Positions 24,630 through 37,660 are shown, counted from the first letter of the whole stretch. The stretch is DNA of 63,229 nucleotides, filler included, from Rhabdomonas costata (GCA_019059605.1; 39 parts of 39 records of this genome joined end to end with filler, not necessarily neighbours in it); one strand, 5' to 3'. Program-made: numbers and translations. The notes: generated by a model not told the origin, from the letters alone.

Positions 24630-25783
24630 ATCCCTGCATTTCGTGTGTGTGTAACTCCGCAATATACCGGCTGTCGACGCTCTCCGCCACGGCCAGAGCA
24701 GAGGGGTCCACGGAGTGCTCCAGCTCCCACAGGGCCTGCGGGTCGTTCTTCCCGGCAAGCGCCAGCTCCATCCGGGCCAGCCTGTGCTGCCGTTTCTGCT
24801 CCCGGGCGGCCCGCTCCAGGGCTTTGCGGCGCTTTGCGGCGATCTTGCGCTTCATCTTTCCCGTCAGCTTGGAGGGATCATGCTCCGCCCCACCCTCCTC
24901 TGAGATCCACAGGCAAAAGGGGGAGGTGGATGACCGGTGTTGCTTGGCACCGGGGGCGCGATAAATTCTGTTCTGCAGGCAGCTGTATTTACTTGACTGT
25001 GCTTAAGCGCAATGCAACAGGCAGTGAATAAGTGTACAAAATCAGAGGAATCTCCCCCCATAAAAGCAAAAGCCAACAAAGTCAAGCGGAAAAACACATA
25101 CACACTATTAGTTGGGGGGCCCTGACGTACACAGCCATACCACCGGGCTTGCCCAGGGACGGCACGTTCTGGCGCGTCTCCAGGGCGAACATCTTGGAGC
25201 CCTCCATAACCCTCCTGAGCTCCTCTGTGTTGTCGTCCGTGCCCGCGGCCCGGGCCTTGGCCTCCTTCGCCAACAGCCGGTGCTCCCGGCTCCTCTGCTT
25301 GCGGCGCTGGTTGCGCTTCAGCCGCGCCCGGTCCCACTCCGTGGCCTCCGCAGAGCTGGCCAGCTTCCTGAGATGGCCCTGCAGATCCTTTCGGGTGGGC
25401 CCAAGCACCATCGTGGATTCCATATCCGCCTCCGCCTCGGGAGACTTCTTGTGCTGTGTGGAGCCTCCTCCTTCGCCTCCCCCCTGCCCTTCATCGGCCG
25501 CGCCTTCCTCCTCCTCCATGACGTCGATATGCTCGCTGGCCTGCGACTCAGAGGCATCGGAGTCTTCCCCTGTCCCTGCATTGCTCTGGTCCTCAGCCTC
25601 CTCCTCGCCACCACCATCGCCATCGGCGTCACTGTCCTCGTCCTCTCCTCCCACTGTGGCACATTCCAGCAGCTTGCGGTACCGCTCTCGAGCCTGGGAC
25701 ATTTCGGAAGGAAACAACCTACCAATCCCTGCAGTCACCTCCACAAAATCACGAGTGAATTCTTGGGCTGTCACTAAGGGCAC
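24630..25783 (-). CDS. Hypothetical acidic/coiled-coil protein, two probable exons (~25125-25783 and ~24630-24865)
   Basis: GC-rich open frames of about 230 and 75 codons with E/D-rich and K/R-rich helical segments, separated by AT-richer intron-like DNA. No family recognised. Confidence 0.5.
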
Positions 25784-26314
25784 ACAATAACTTGCAGGTC
25801 AAGCAGTGGTTCCGGTTAACAACCCGCGATGGTTGCAATGAGGGCGTCAAGACGTAAACCCAACTTTCAGAGCCAAAAACATAGACCACACACCNNNNNN
25901 NNNNNNNNNNNNNNNNNNNNNNNNNNNNNNNNNNNNNNTTAATTAATTAANNNNNNNNNNNNNNNNNNNNNNNNNNNNNNNNNNNNNNNNNNNNGGTTTG
26001 GGGGGGGGCGAACGAGTGAACGAGCGAGCGCGTGGCGGCCCCATGGATGCAGTGTGTTGTTCAGCGCGGAGGATTTGTCTACTCTGTCGGATGAGTCCAA
26101 GGGATGGGGGTGGTAGGTCGCATCTCTGTTGTGAGTTGCTAGTCTTCACCGGAACCGGGGTTTGTCTCGTCCCTTTGTCCCGTGCCTTTTAAAAGAGACA
26201 GATGGCCAAAAGCGAACTCACAGCAGACTTCAGCCTTAGTTTTCTTCTGAGGATTGTGTTTGGTCTTTGCCGTTGTGGTCGAATCCGACGTAGCCCTGGA
26301 TTTTTTCATTTTAG

Positions 26315-26518
26315 ATTCGGCAGCTCGAGCACGAAAAGGAGGACCTCCTGCGGCAAGTCCAGGAGCTTAACAACAAGTGCGACAGCATCGAGAAGCGAGA
26401 AATCGAGCGCCGGCAAACGGACGAGAAGAAGCACCAGGAGGAGGTCGCCTTCCTGCGGAAGGCCAACCAGCAGCTCACCACTCAACTGCAGACCATCCTG
26501 GGCACTAACAAGAAGTAA
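26315..26518 (+). CDS. DNALI1: Axonemal inner-arm dynein light intermediate chain p28, terminal exon
   Basis: After a TTTTAG acceptor, reads IRQLEHEKEDLLRQVQELNNKCDSIEKREIERRQTDEKKHQEEVAFLRKANQQLTTQLQTILGTNKK*. This closely matches the p28/DNALI1 C-terminus (KCea.EKRE.ERRq.eEKKH.EEi.FLkr.NqQL). The frame is absent from the ORF track. Confidence 0.93.
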   Translation: MRQLEHEKEDLLRQVQELNNKCDSIEKREIERRQTDEKKHQEEVAFLRKANQQLTTQLQTILGTNKK

Positions 26519-27618
26519 AAAGAAACAGAGGGCACCAGTTCTCGCTTGCCCTTCAACGCTTTTAGCGGTCCCATTGCTGTCTGTCGCATGTGCTGTGCTG
26601 CTACTGCGTTGGCCTCTTTCTCTGCATGCTTGTGGAAAGTGGGGGTTCGAATTTCCGAATTTCCGCCGTTTGTTCCCTAATCTGGGGTGGTGGTGTAGTT
26701 CCGCAACTTACTCCACACGACATTAATTTATCGTGAAAGTCTTATTTTAAAAGTAATGTGCCCATTGAGCCTTGCTGCAGCTCTTCAGATACACTCTTCA
26801 GACTAACCAAGCTTGGAACGCCCCAGCGCCCCAGCGCCCGCAGGCTGGACTCTGATACCCAGATATTGGTTAACGAACGTGAACCACAGGGTTCACGGGG
26901 GGGGGGGGGGTCGAGTTTTAGCTTAACCGCACTAATGAGGGCAGTGGGTAAAGCATGGGAGAATGGGACCCACGGGTCGTTTGCCCCTTTCCTGTGTGTA
27001 CCTGTGCATCGTTTCACTGAGTGCAGTGGTCCAGTCAGCTTTTCCACCGCTGACCGAAGTAGAGAATGGTAGTGCCTGGAAATACTTTTTTGTGCATGTG
27101 TGTGAGAGCCACCTTTTCCTCGTTCTGTGCCTTCCGTGCCTGCGTTACAAATTGTTTGCTTACCAGTGAAACCTTTCCGCGTTGCTTTGGAAAGAGGCGG
27201 TTGCTCTGTTTGCAGCGAGTTGATCTCACATCCAAAATGTTCACTCTGGTAACAGTATTGGTGTAGTTGTGAGGAGGTTAAAGAAGAAGGCAGAAAGCAG
27301 GGTGCGAAAGATAGATGAAAGGAACATAAGTCGCTTGCCTACAACGCGTGAAGCCTTTCCCCCGGCAAGGCACTCAACTCCCGACGCTCTGGTCGAAGAA
27401 AAGGGAAAAGGCTTCGGTCAAGACAGTGGTGTTTCAATGATGGTAGGAAATCAAGTTCGTTTTGGTTTTTATCCTCATTTCCTATCATCATCATCATTTA
27501 ATGCCCCCACCCAACCCCNNNNNNNNNNNNNNNNNNNNNNNNNNNNNNNNNNNNNNNNNNNNTTAATTAATTAANNNNNNNNNNNNNNNNNNNNNNNNNN
27601 NNNNNNNNNNNNNNNNNN

Positions 27619-29142
27619 GCCGACCATACCATACAGACGGCCCCACCTTTGTTCACCCACCCCAGACAGGGCAATGGGCACAGTTTAGAGAACGGCTGTC
27701 GCCTTGGTGTTGGATGATGTGGTGTAGGTCTGGTGTAGGTCGGACACCGTTGGAAGGGAGAATCGCCGTGTGCATTGTTTTGGGGTTTCTTGACGGAGCG
27801 CGAGCTTCGGGGCCACTTGGATCTTCACGATCTTCTTCGCGATCCGCAGCGGAGGGGAGAAGCTTCTTGATGTGTGAAGAAGGCGGGTGAGAAGCTCCAC
27901 CGTTGGAGAAGTTCCACGAGAAAGTTGGTGCTGAATCGCTCCTATGGAAAACTGCTGCGACGAAATTGCCCAATGCTCAAATTTCCTAATTCACAAACTG
28001 TTGCCGGTGCCCGGGGCAGTGCGAGTGAAACGCCCGCCTGGAGCTGGAGGCGCATTCCCCTCTTTGTGTTTGAAAAACGCGGGCTGGCGTTTTTCTTCTG
28101 CAGAGAAAAAAAGAAAACTTGCGTTCTAATAAGCTCGCAACTGCTTCAGAAAATACATTCGTAAGCTAAGAATATGTGGTTCCCCTTAGGCTCGGCTGCC
28201 AAACTTTAGTCCCCTGTTCGAACTTTTTCAGGGAAACCTTGCTCTTTTTTTGTGCAGTGGGGCCCCATCGGAGCTGCAAACACGGCCGAGCGAAACCCCG
28301 CCTCCCTCCCCCGCTTCCCAAGTTTCAGAGTTTTATCACCGAAGTTCGCTGGATTCAAATTGCATGAACCCGCACGTGTACTTTTTGGGGAACGTGTGGG
28401 AATAGGGATGTCCGTGTCCTTACTCCTTGCGCGCTCAGGATTCCAAGCAGCGCACCCCTGCCTACTGTGCCGCTGAGACCGGGAAGTTTGAGTTCCTGGA
28501 GATGCTTGTGCCCCGAGCGAAGGAGCTGGGCCTGGACCTCTCCCTGGCCAGTGACCCCTCATGCGGCCAAAACACTGTGCTTCACGTCGCCCTGCAGAAG
28601 GGAGCTTCCGTTGCGCTTCTGCTGAGCCTGATCACCGCGGGGGCCCCTGTGAACGCGCAGGCATGATGGCACACACACGCGCACGCACATTCCGCCATCG
28701 CTGCTTCCCTTTCCCAGGGATTAACTTTTTGGCACGCCTTAGCGTTTTGAGCTCAACACAAAAACCACAGTACCATATTTGGTTTGTGTGAGGGGGAAGG
28801 GGGTGTAGTGGCGCGAATGGGCCGCGATCAATGGCAGTGGCCGCAAAAAAACCCCGTCCCCACTGTTGCCGTACACTTCCCGTGGAGCTGATGGATGTCT
28901 CCCCCGGCGTACGCCTTGGCAGGCAGCATCGCATCTCCTGGAAGAGAGGAGAAGTGTAGCGGCTGTAGGGGGGGTGGGAGTGTGGCCATGCCCATAATCT
29001 TTCAGTCATAAGACAGCCGACCATACCATACAGACGGCCCCACCTTTGTTCACCCACCCCAGACAGGGCGATGGGCACAGTTTAGAGAACGGCTGTCGCC
29101 TTGGTGTTAGATGATGTGGTGTAGGTCTGGTGAAGGTCGGAC
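27619..29142. repeat. Contig with 127-bp direct terminal repeats (27619-27745 and 29016-29142); unit length 1397 bp
   Basis: The two ends are identical over exactly 127 bp except for 3 mismatches. Confidence 0.95.
28439..28660 (+). CDS. Ankyrin-repeat exon (about 2 repeats), phase 0-0
   Basis: DSKQRTPAYCAAETGKFEFLEMLV...GQNTVLHVALQKGASVALLLSLITAGAPVNAQ. CAG acceptor; probable GC donor (CAG|GCATGA). Confidence 0.85.
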
Positions 29143-30181
29143 NNNNNNNNNNNNNNNNNNNNNNNNNNNNNNNNNNNNNNNNNNNNTTAATTAATTAANN
29201 NNNNNNNNNNNNNNNNNNNNNNNNNNNNNNNNNNNNNNNNNNTGTGGTTGTGTAGTTCGAGGCATAAACTGGTTTACATTTTTAGAGTCGATATTCTTTG
29301 GGTCGATCACCCCTTCAAACGCTCTAGGGCGGTGTGCCATTCACCCGCCCAGGTCCCCATCCGTCACATTCGTTAGATTCCAGTGGTTTATGGGGATTGG
29401 TGGTGCAAAGTACAAAGGCTCAGCACCGAGCCGAAAAGATTCGTGAGAGCAAAAAAGGCACACAAAGGAGGCGCCTCAAAGGAGTGCATTTCTTAACTGG
29501 CTCTTGTCTATGCTGTCATTTTTGGTCATTTGGACCCTCCCACACGTGTGACTGCAACTTCGAAGAGCTCAGCGCATACAAATAGAATTTGATGTATCCG
29601 AAGCAATGCTTGCACAAATTCTAGCTCGACAGACTCCATAGACCATTCGAGTGGAACTATTCAACCCATCGCCGCTGATACAGAAGACGAGCAACAAAAC
29701 CCAGGCAAGCCGCCAGCACAGCAACAACTGCGAAGTCGGCAGAGCCAGGGAAAGGGGGGCACACAAAATTGAACTACAAGAGGAATGCCTGATTGGGAAG
29801 CACAAAGTTCTATGGCAAACCTCACAACCACCGCTGCAACACCTGTCGCAACCAGCCAGCAAAAAGAACCCGGAAGAATGAAGGTGAATGGGAAAAGTTG
29901 CCAGTATGATATAGTAAGTGGCGGGGCCTACACAACGCAGACACACACACACACAGAGAAAGAGGACGAGTAAGGAGAGAGGAGAGGGGGGCGTCAAAGC
30001 AGAGTATCGTGGGAGCGAGGGGCACAAGAACTCTCGGCAGCTTGTACACACAATACAACGCATCCACGCACAAACAACAAAAGTAAGGAGCTTGGCAGGT
30101 GGCATCTCGCGCGGTGCAGGACACGCGTGAAGAACATGAGGACCCCCCCTCCTCCCCCAAGTCATCACCATGAAGTGTGAC

Positions 30182-30746
30182 CAGGAACGCGAGGGAAGAG
30201 TGGTGGGCGAACCTCACCTGCTTCGTATCCGCTGAGAACAGCCGCAAAGTCACGGCATCGCTCTCAAGCACTATAAAACAACCTGCAAACTCACAGAACC
30301 ACACAAACGGCACCCAGCACGGCAGGCACGGCACGAAATCATTGGGCTGCGTGAAAGCAGCGTGGAGGGGTGAGGAAGGATACAGGAGGACGAATCGAGG
30401 ACGTTCAAGCCCCCCCATAAAAGGCAAAGGGAAGGAAGGGGAGCCCGGGTCATCGGGTAGGCTCCCGGGACGCAGACTAGAGCCGAGCCGACAGCACACA
30501 ACTCCAAATGGAACTCCGGAGGAGTGTCGGGGGCAGGCCACGGGACTTTCAGGTACGGGGCTCTGAAGGTGCCCGTGGTCGAATAAGAAAGCACTGTCGT
30601 TGGCTGAGGAGGCATCTTTTCTAGGAGCAACGCCGGACTGCAACTAGGCTTCGTTCAGGGCAGGAACGCGAGGGAAGAGTGGTGGGCGAACCTCACCTGC
30701 TTCGTATCCGCTGAGAACAGCCGCAAAGTCACGGCATCGCTCTCAA
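30182..30746. repeat. 86-bp exact direct repeat (30182-30267 and 30661-30746)
   Basis: CAGGAACGCGAGGGAAGAG...GCTCTCAA occurs twice, 479 bp apart; the second copy runs to the contig end. Confidence 0.9.
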
Positions 30747-30861
30747 ACACAAANNNNNNNNNNNNNNNNNNNNNNNNNNNNNNNNNNNNNNNNNNNNTTA
30801 ATTAATTAANNNNNNNNNNNNNNNNNNNNNNNNNNNNNNNNNNNNNNNNNNNNTTGTTTGC

Positions 30862-31307
30862 AAAGGGACGGAGCAGCCCGTCACCTCGGAGGTCATCAAG
30901 CACTGCAGGGCGGTGCAGCCCCAGATCGAGGCTCTTGCGCAGCACTCCTTCTCCACATACGAGCCGGTGACCTACCGCGCTCAGTTGGTGAATGGGGTGA
31001 ACTACCTGGCCAAGGTTTGTGTGTATGGGTGGGTTGCGACGTCGAAATGTTTTGGTTACGCCACCCCCCTGCGTACAATATCCCCTGCTTTGTGCTCTAC
31101 AACAATCGCTGCTACAACCTTCATGTCCAATGCTCTCTCGCTTCACAAGCAGGTGTGTGAGAGCATGTTATACGGGGCCTCTCTCAGGTGCAGGTGGGGC
31201 CCGCGGCGTTCGTTCACATTCGGTTCTATGTCTCCCTCGATGGGACCCTCACCGCAGTGACTGTGCAGGAGAACCACACCCTCACGGACGCCCTGGTGCC
31301 CTTCTGA
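30862..31307 (+). CDS. Stefin (type 1 cystatin) cysteine-protease inhibitor, exons 30862-31014 and 31188-31307, 5' partial
   Basis: KGTEQPVTSEVIKHCRAVQPQIE...FSTYEPVTYRAQLVNGVNYLAK|VQVGPAAFVHIRFYVSL...LTDALVPF*. Has the QxVxG motif, NY..KV.V, HxR and the stefin C-terminal D.L..F. Confidence 0.9.
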
Positions 31308-32494
31308 GACCCCATGTTCCCACCGTGTACACCATCGCTTGGCTCCTCTCCCTGGTAAACTCTGCGGTATAATTGCATTTGATTTCCTACCCTTCCCGAC
31401 AGTGTTTTGGCTGCCTACGGGCCCCTTGCTCTCCTAGAAAGTGGGGCCCACTGCATTTTTGAAACCCATTCCTCGTTCCCACTCACCCGCCCACTCACGC
31501 TGTCCCTGTTACTGCGTCCCAGCGCCTTGGTTCTACGAGGTTCACACAGTTTGCATTGCGCCATTCCCTCTTTTGCTGTCCACAACCACCCACCCCCTCT
31601 GGGCACCACGGCATGTGGGGATGAGTGAGTGAGTGGGCAACGCTCCCTCCCCACTCGCGCCTTCCAGCCTTGGGATTGCTCTTGAAATGGTGGGTATGTA
31701 ATGTCTGCGTTCATAGAAGAGATACTTTCCTCCTGCAATGTCTTCACAACTCAAACTTTGCCTTTATCATGTGCTGCATTTGTGGGTTATGTGAGCTTGA
31801 TGTTGGTTCTGCTTTGGACGACCAGCTGCATTTGAGTTTTCGCAGAACCGATATGTAACTGTGACCTGTTTAACGCTCACAACATCTGAAAGACTGCAGT
31901 GATCAGTGAATTGTGTACCCCCCCTACTCGGAAATGGTACTGTGTAGTGTAGGCACAGTTTACAAGCGACAATGCCAACCCAGAGAGACATACAAAGTAG
32001 TTCTGTCCGGGACTCAGCCCCTGCTCAACCGCACCCTTCATCAACATGGACCGAATCGGTTGTCCAGTAATTCAAAACACGCGATTTTAAAGCTTGACTT
32101 TGGTTCAAAATTTCTCGATTTTTTTACCCTCACCAGTCAAAATTTGCACCCCCTTTGTGGCCACGTCCCCTTTCCGGGACGGCGACATAGAGTCGGCGGG
32201 GGGAGGGGCTCAGGCCAACAACAAAAGTCTGCGGTTACCCAGCCGACCTGTCAAAATGAAAACGGCCCAAAATCCAATAAAGGACAAAATTCGAGAAAGG
32301 ACAAAATTCGAAAGAAGACAAAATTCAACGAAGGACTGCGTCCAAGGAAGACAAACTTCGGAAGGACCAACCCACAANNNNNNNNNNNNNNNNNNNNNNN
32401 NNNNNNNNNNNNNNNNNNNNNTTAATTAATTAANNNNNNNNNNNNNNNNNNNNNNNNNNNNNNNNNNNNNNNNNNNNTGTTTTTTGGACTCAAA

Positions 32495-33220
32495 TTGTGA
32501 AGCCAAATCTGTCTCTACTAAGATCGTAACAATGGAGCAGACATGGAGGTTGATCATGTGGCACCAGTGCAACTAGTCCCGGATTAAACTCCGAAAAACT
32601 CCACATATAGCCTCGTCAAACAAATGTCCGTGGTGGGTTTCGAATCCACGGATCCCACTCAGTCTCTACTGATACTGTAATATGTGTGTGACCCGTGGTG
32701 GTAATCATGTGACGTCAATGCAAAGAGTCGCTGATTCAACTCCGACACTTCACATATAGCCTCTTCACACAAATGTCCGGGGTGTGATTTGAATCCATGG
32801 AGATCACCCAGTCTGTATTAATTATGTAATAATGGAGCATACTTATGGGTGTGTAATAATGTGGCACCCTTGCCAAGAGTCGCGGGTTCAACTCAGACAC
32901 TCACCATATTGCCTAGATTTTGGAATTTCCGGGGTGGTATTCTAATCTAGGTAGCCGACTTAGTCTCTACTAATGTAATAAGGATGCACAATTAGGTGGG
33001 GTGTAAGTATGTGGAAAAACTTGCCAAAAATAGCTGGTTCAACTACAAAACTCCGCGCATAGCCTCTTCACACAAACAGATGGAGTAAGATTCGAATACA
33101 TGGAGCCAACTCAGTCTCTACTAAGATTGTAAAAAGGAGGTACACATGGGGATAAGTATGTGTCACTTACGCCAAGAGTCACGGGTTCAACTCCGTGACT
33201 CACCATATCGCCTCGTCCCA
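32495..33220. repeat. Degenerate tandem repeat, ~150-bp unit, about 5 copies, with tRNA T-arm-like motifs
   Basis: CAGTCTCTACT-like anchors recur at about 32510, 32660, 32810, 32961 and 33112. Units carry variants of GGTTCAACTC on + and GGATTCGAA-like motifs on -. Confidence 0.85.
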
Positions 33221-35503
33221 CGGAATCACAGGTTATTGAGGTTTATTTCTAAGCAAGAGCTTGGTGCGACAGTATGGAGGAGAGTTTCAGAGAGTTTTAG
33301 TGAAGAGCTGATTAAATATCTTTGCAGACCGCAGTTCGAAGTCCACCATAGTGGTCTCTTGATGCATTTCGAGTGCATTTTGAAAACCTTCTACACGGTG
33401 TGGGGGATGAGAAATGTTCACAGTATGATGCCTGAAGAAATGTAATGTTGCGTCTAACTGTGTAAAGATCCATTTGTCCAGTTTGGTTTTGAAGAAGAAG
33501 TTTTTATAGCGATTTGTTACAATTTGATTGTGAAACCTTGAATTGACATGATTTCTTCATAGAGACATCATCAGCTACCGATGTATTTTACTGTAGATGA
33601 GTGGGATACAGGGTCATTTGACCATAATGATTTTGCTTTTTAGTGGAGTCCTTAGATTTTCAATGTTAATATTTTCACGGTTTGCCATGTGTGTAATTGC
33701 TGGAAGTTTATGACGTGATATTCTATCAGATTTAGCTGCCGTAGTAAGCTTTGTGCCTTGTATGCTTTCATGTTGCCTTTTCCATGAATCCTGGTTCTCC
33801 TTGGGCTGCTGAATTATCTCTATGCATTGGATGCACCCACCAATGTGATGCAGAGCTAAAGTGTGCTCTCTCGTCGTTGAGATCGACTACATACTGCTTC
33901 AAGGTGCAGCAACAGTTTACCACACTACAACGTTGGTTTATCCAGGAGTGTTTACCAACCACGCGCTGAGCTGCTTCTTTCATCTTCAAGACACAAACAC
34001 ANNNNNNNNNNNNNNNNNNNNNNNNNNNNNNNNNNNNNNNNNNNNTTAATTAATTAANNNNNNNNNNNNNNNNNNNNNNNNNNNNNNNNNNNNNNNNNNN
34101 NTGTGGTGGGTGTGGTTGGGGGTGGGGGTTATACATATTTATTATTTGCAAATTGGCGACCCCTCATTGGGGTCCCTCCAGGTCGAGGGGTTATGAATAG
34201 TTATTAACAGATGTGGGAAGAAAGCAGGACGGTGTAAGTCGTCGGGGCACCAACGCGCGGAGGAGGCCAGACGTGCGGGGCTGTATGCGCACAGGCGGAG
34301 AACCACAGACGTGAAAGGGAAGGGAACTTGTCATATTCCAACCCCTCCCTCTCCCTCTCGCTCGTGCTCACAACCTGTCGTAATGTGTTCTTGGTTGTTG
34401 CTTGGGTTCAGGCTGTGGTGGCTCAACGGGGCGCATCCGCATCTGGGAGAAGAGTTCCGAAGACGGATCGCCGGGGCAGAGCAAGCCCGCAGCCACCGAT
34501 GGAGCTGTTCCCCCGATGGCCCGATGGTGCGCCACCAGCAGCGGCTCCCCAACCAGCAGCGGCCCCGGTTTCTGCAACAGTCCGGGTCCCCAAGGCGTTG
34601 ACGAGAAACAGGAAATGGGAGGACAGGTCAGGCACATGGGGGCGAATCCGGTCTAATTCGAAGCGGATCCTGCAACGAGCTGCTGAAAATTGCACTGGTG
34701 CACGCTCCCGCGTCGCAAAAGACGTAACTGCAAACCCCAATACTGCCGACAACCTCTCTTAAATAGGGAAGTCCGAATGCTCTCACCTCGCGTCTCGTTC
34801 TTTCCTTCGTGCTTCCCATTTCAGCCCACTCGAAGGTCACGCATATTCAGCTTAAAGCAGTGCCAGCTCAACAGGCCTCCGGCGCCTAGTCGGCCGTGGG
34901 GGCTTGCGCTCGCAAGGACCCAAAGACAAAGTCAAGGAATGGGCACAAATGATAATTCAAGTGGACGTGAACAGAACCTCTCCCAATTGCCGTATCTCAC
35001 TGAAGTGCTCGTGATTCAGTCCAATTTCAAACCCTTTCTCTGGCGCGTGGGGGTGGTTCCCTCGTCTCACTTTGGACATGTTGGCATCTTTTTGCGCTTT
35101 GGTGTGTTTGCGTCTCTGCGTGCCCTCCTCCCGATTTACGGGGTAGGGCGGCCGTTCCCATAGTGTCTGCGCCCACTTGACCTAAATGAAGACCACTTGC
35201 TGAGCGGTCAAATAGCCCTGTCGCCGGTTTGAGCGCCCCAACACACACAACACTCGAAAAGAGGCGGATGTCCACAACCAATATCATCTCTTTGCCTTTT
35301 TTAAAACCAAAGTTTTTGGCAAGATTACTTTGGGTTGGCAGCAGGTAGAATTTGCCAAACTTCTAGCCGCCCACATCTCGCCTGACCGTGACCTTTTCCC
35401 CCAATCTTGCATTCTCCAGATAGCCGCTCCCTTCTGATTTTAGTCTATACAGCTCCGCAGAAAATCTCGCCGCGTAAACTCATTATTTTCTTCTTCTCAG
35501 TTA

Positions 35504-35621
35504 TTTTGTTCAGCACTGAATCTCCAGTTCTCTGATGTAAAAAAGTGGGTTTAAATTATACGTCGCACATAGTATCCTAATTTTTTACATCAGAGAACTG
35601 GAGATTCAGTGCTGAACAAAA
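35504..35621. repeat. Perfect inverted repeat with 41-bp arms at the contig end
   Basis: 35504-35544 is the exact reverse complement of 35581-35621. Confidence 0.95.
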
Positions 35622-36859
35622 CACCNNNNNNNNNNNNNNNNNNNNNNNNNNNNNNNNNNNNNNNNNNNNTTAATTAATTAANNNNNNNNNNNNNNNNNNN
35701 NNNNNNNNNNNNNNNNNNNNNNNNNGGTTGTGGTGTTCTCTCCGTGCGGATCTTGTTCTGCTTGTGCCGCTCATAGTCCGAGAGCTTCTCCCCGACCTAA
35801 ATTGAGTGATTGTGTGTGTGGAGGGGAAATCGCCGGATAAGAGAGTAGTGGAAGGATTTACAAAAGCAAAGGTCGATTCAAAAGTACTAGTGACAATCAC
35901 GCAAATGTCCATTGTCAAACGTGCTCCACCTGGAACCGCCGCACAAAAGACAGATGAGGCAGGCAGAAAAAGTACTAGTAATGCAATTGGAAAATGGGGT
36001 CACCACACCAGCGGACGAGCCTCCCTAAACCTCACATGAAGCAGCGAGTGAATCGCAGTTCATTCTTGAGCGATGTGCAAAGGAGAGAACACCACAATTT
36101 CTAAATTGCTTGACCACTCGACCGGCACTGTGGGGTCATCCTTATGAAGATCCCTGACGAACAATACGCATCAAGGAACACAGAGTTTTTGGAGGTTTTC
36201 CAATGCCGTCAACCCAACTTCGCAGAAAGAAGCAGTGGTAAGTAACCGAAAAAGAACACCCCAAAGCCGGCGGAATCGCAGCTCAACCCAGAACAGTGGA
36301 CATGCCCCCCAAAACACACCCCACCCCTCGGCAAAGCTCAGAACACATCCACGCACGGACGTACCCTCAGCGGGGGCAGAGCCTCGGAGGGGGGCTCCTC
36401 GTCAGAGTCGTAGACCTGGTCTGCCTTCTCCCCCATCGCCGCCGCCGGGGTGACCTCGTCGCCGCGGATGTCCTCAACGTACTTCACAGGCTTCGCCACA
36501 CCGTTGGGCAGGACCTCAAACCGGAACCCCGACAAGGGCCACACCTGTGCACCCCCCCAAGATGGAAGATATTTTAGGCAAAAGGGGTTGGCATGTGTGT
36601 GTGGGGGGGCTTCGCTCCCCCTCCCCCCCAGCAACTTCCTGGGGTTAGGACGCGTTGTTTCTGAGACTTTACCTATGTTTTCTTTGTGGGGATGATGTGA
36701 GGCTGCGGGTGTTTTTACAGCAATTCCTCTGGGCCCATCTGCATAAGGTATGCCAAATATTTCTCATGACCCATGATCATCCTTTCACTATGGCTGGACA
36801 GCGGCACGCGCACGGCGTGGCATTACGTGACTGTATCTTGACTGCGCTTCAGAATGCCT

Positions 36860-37022
36860 GGAGGGCAGGTTCGGACCTAGATTGTGGTAGAGCATCCCCA
36901 GAAGCAGCCCAAGGGCAACGGTAATCAGAAGGTGAGCCATCACAAGCGCCGGGTTTCGTGTGAACCACAGCGCGGCCCGAGGAAACAGCACTCCCAGCTG
37001 AGTCCCCACGCTGGGCAGGAAC
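36860..37022 (-). CDS. ABCG (White/PDR-type) transporter exon, start of the ABC-2 membrane domain
   Basis: PSVGTQLGVLFPRAALWFTRNPALVMAHLLITVALGLLLGMLYHNL matches s...Q...L..R......RnP........tv..gll.G.ly..l. A further GC-rich exon lies at about 36364-36543 (-). Confidence 0.7.
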
Positions 37023-37660
37023 CTTAGAACGAGGGGCAGCCAAAACACATGCGCATTCCAGAACAAGGAACAATACGCTTCTCACAACGACCCGGAACGA
37101 CCCGCAGGCTCATTTAGGTTCGGCACCGCCGTATCCAGGGTATAGGATCTGGCCGTAACCTTGCAACAACACTGGAAAGCCCCGTATGGAAGTGCATCGC
37201 AACTGCCATTTCCATGGCAAGAAACACGCACCAAAACCGCAAACCACACNNNNNNNNNNNNNNNNNNNNNNNNNNNNNNNNNNNNNNNNNNNNTTAATTA
37301 ATTAANNNNNNNNNNNNNNNNNNNNNNNNNNNNNNNNNNNNNNNNNNNNGTGTGGTTGTGAGCGCCGTGTTTCCTTTTTGCAGATAAGACTGGAACTCTG
37401 ACCAAAAACGAGGTACTGCGTGTTTAGCTGCCTGCGCGCACTGCATTTGCTTTGTGCGACTCACTTGAAAAAAGAATACGATCGAATGAGTACTTTGTAC
37501 CTGGAATCGTGGTGAGGGTTCAATTAAAGCACACAATCATTGTTATTGGTACGACAGTTGTTCAGTTGATGATACCTTTCCGTTAAGTGCCCACTCCATT
37601 CCTCCCCTTCTTGGGCCGCAGCCTTTTCAGCATCTCTTACGGGTTCCTTATGGGTTGCAG

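Noticed and set aside
30182-30746. 86-bp direct repeats as LTRs
   Set aside because: There are no TG..CA termini, target-site duplication or internal retroelement motifs, and the second copy is cut by the contig end.
32495-33220. CRISPR array
   Set aside because: The whole unit is a diverged repeat; there is no conserved short repeat with unique spacers, and no cas genes.
35504-35621. Long perfect hairpin as a MITE or terminator
   Set aside because: One arm runs into the contig end next to a primer-like tail, which is typical of a WGA fold-back chimera.
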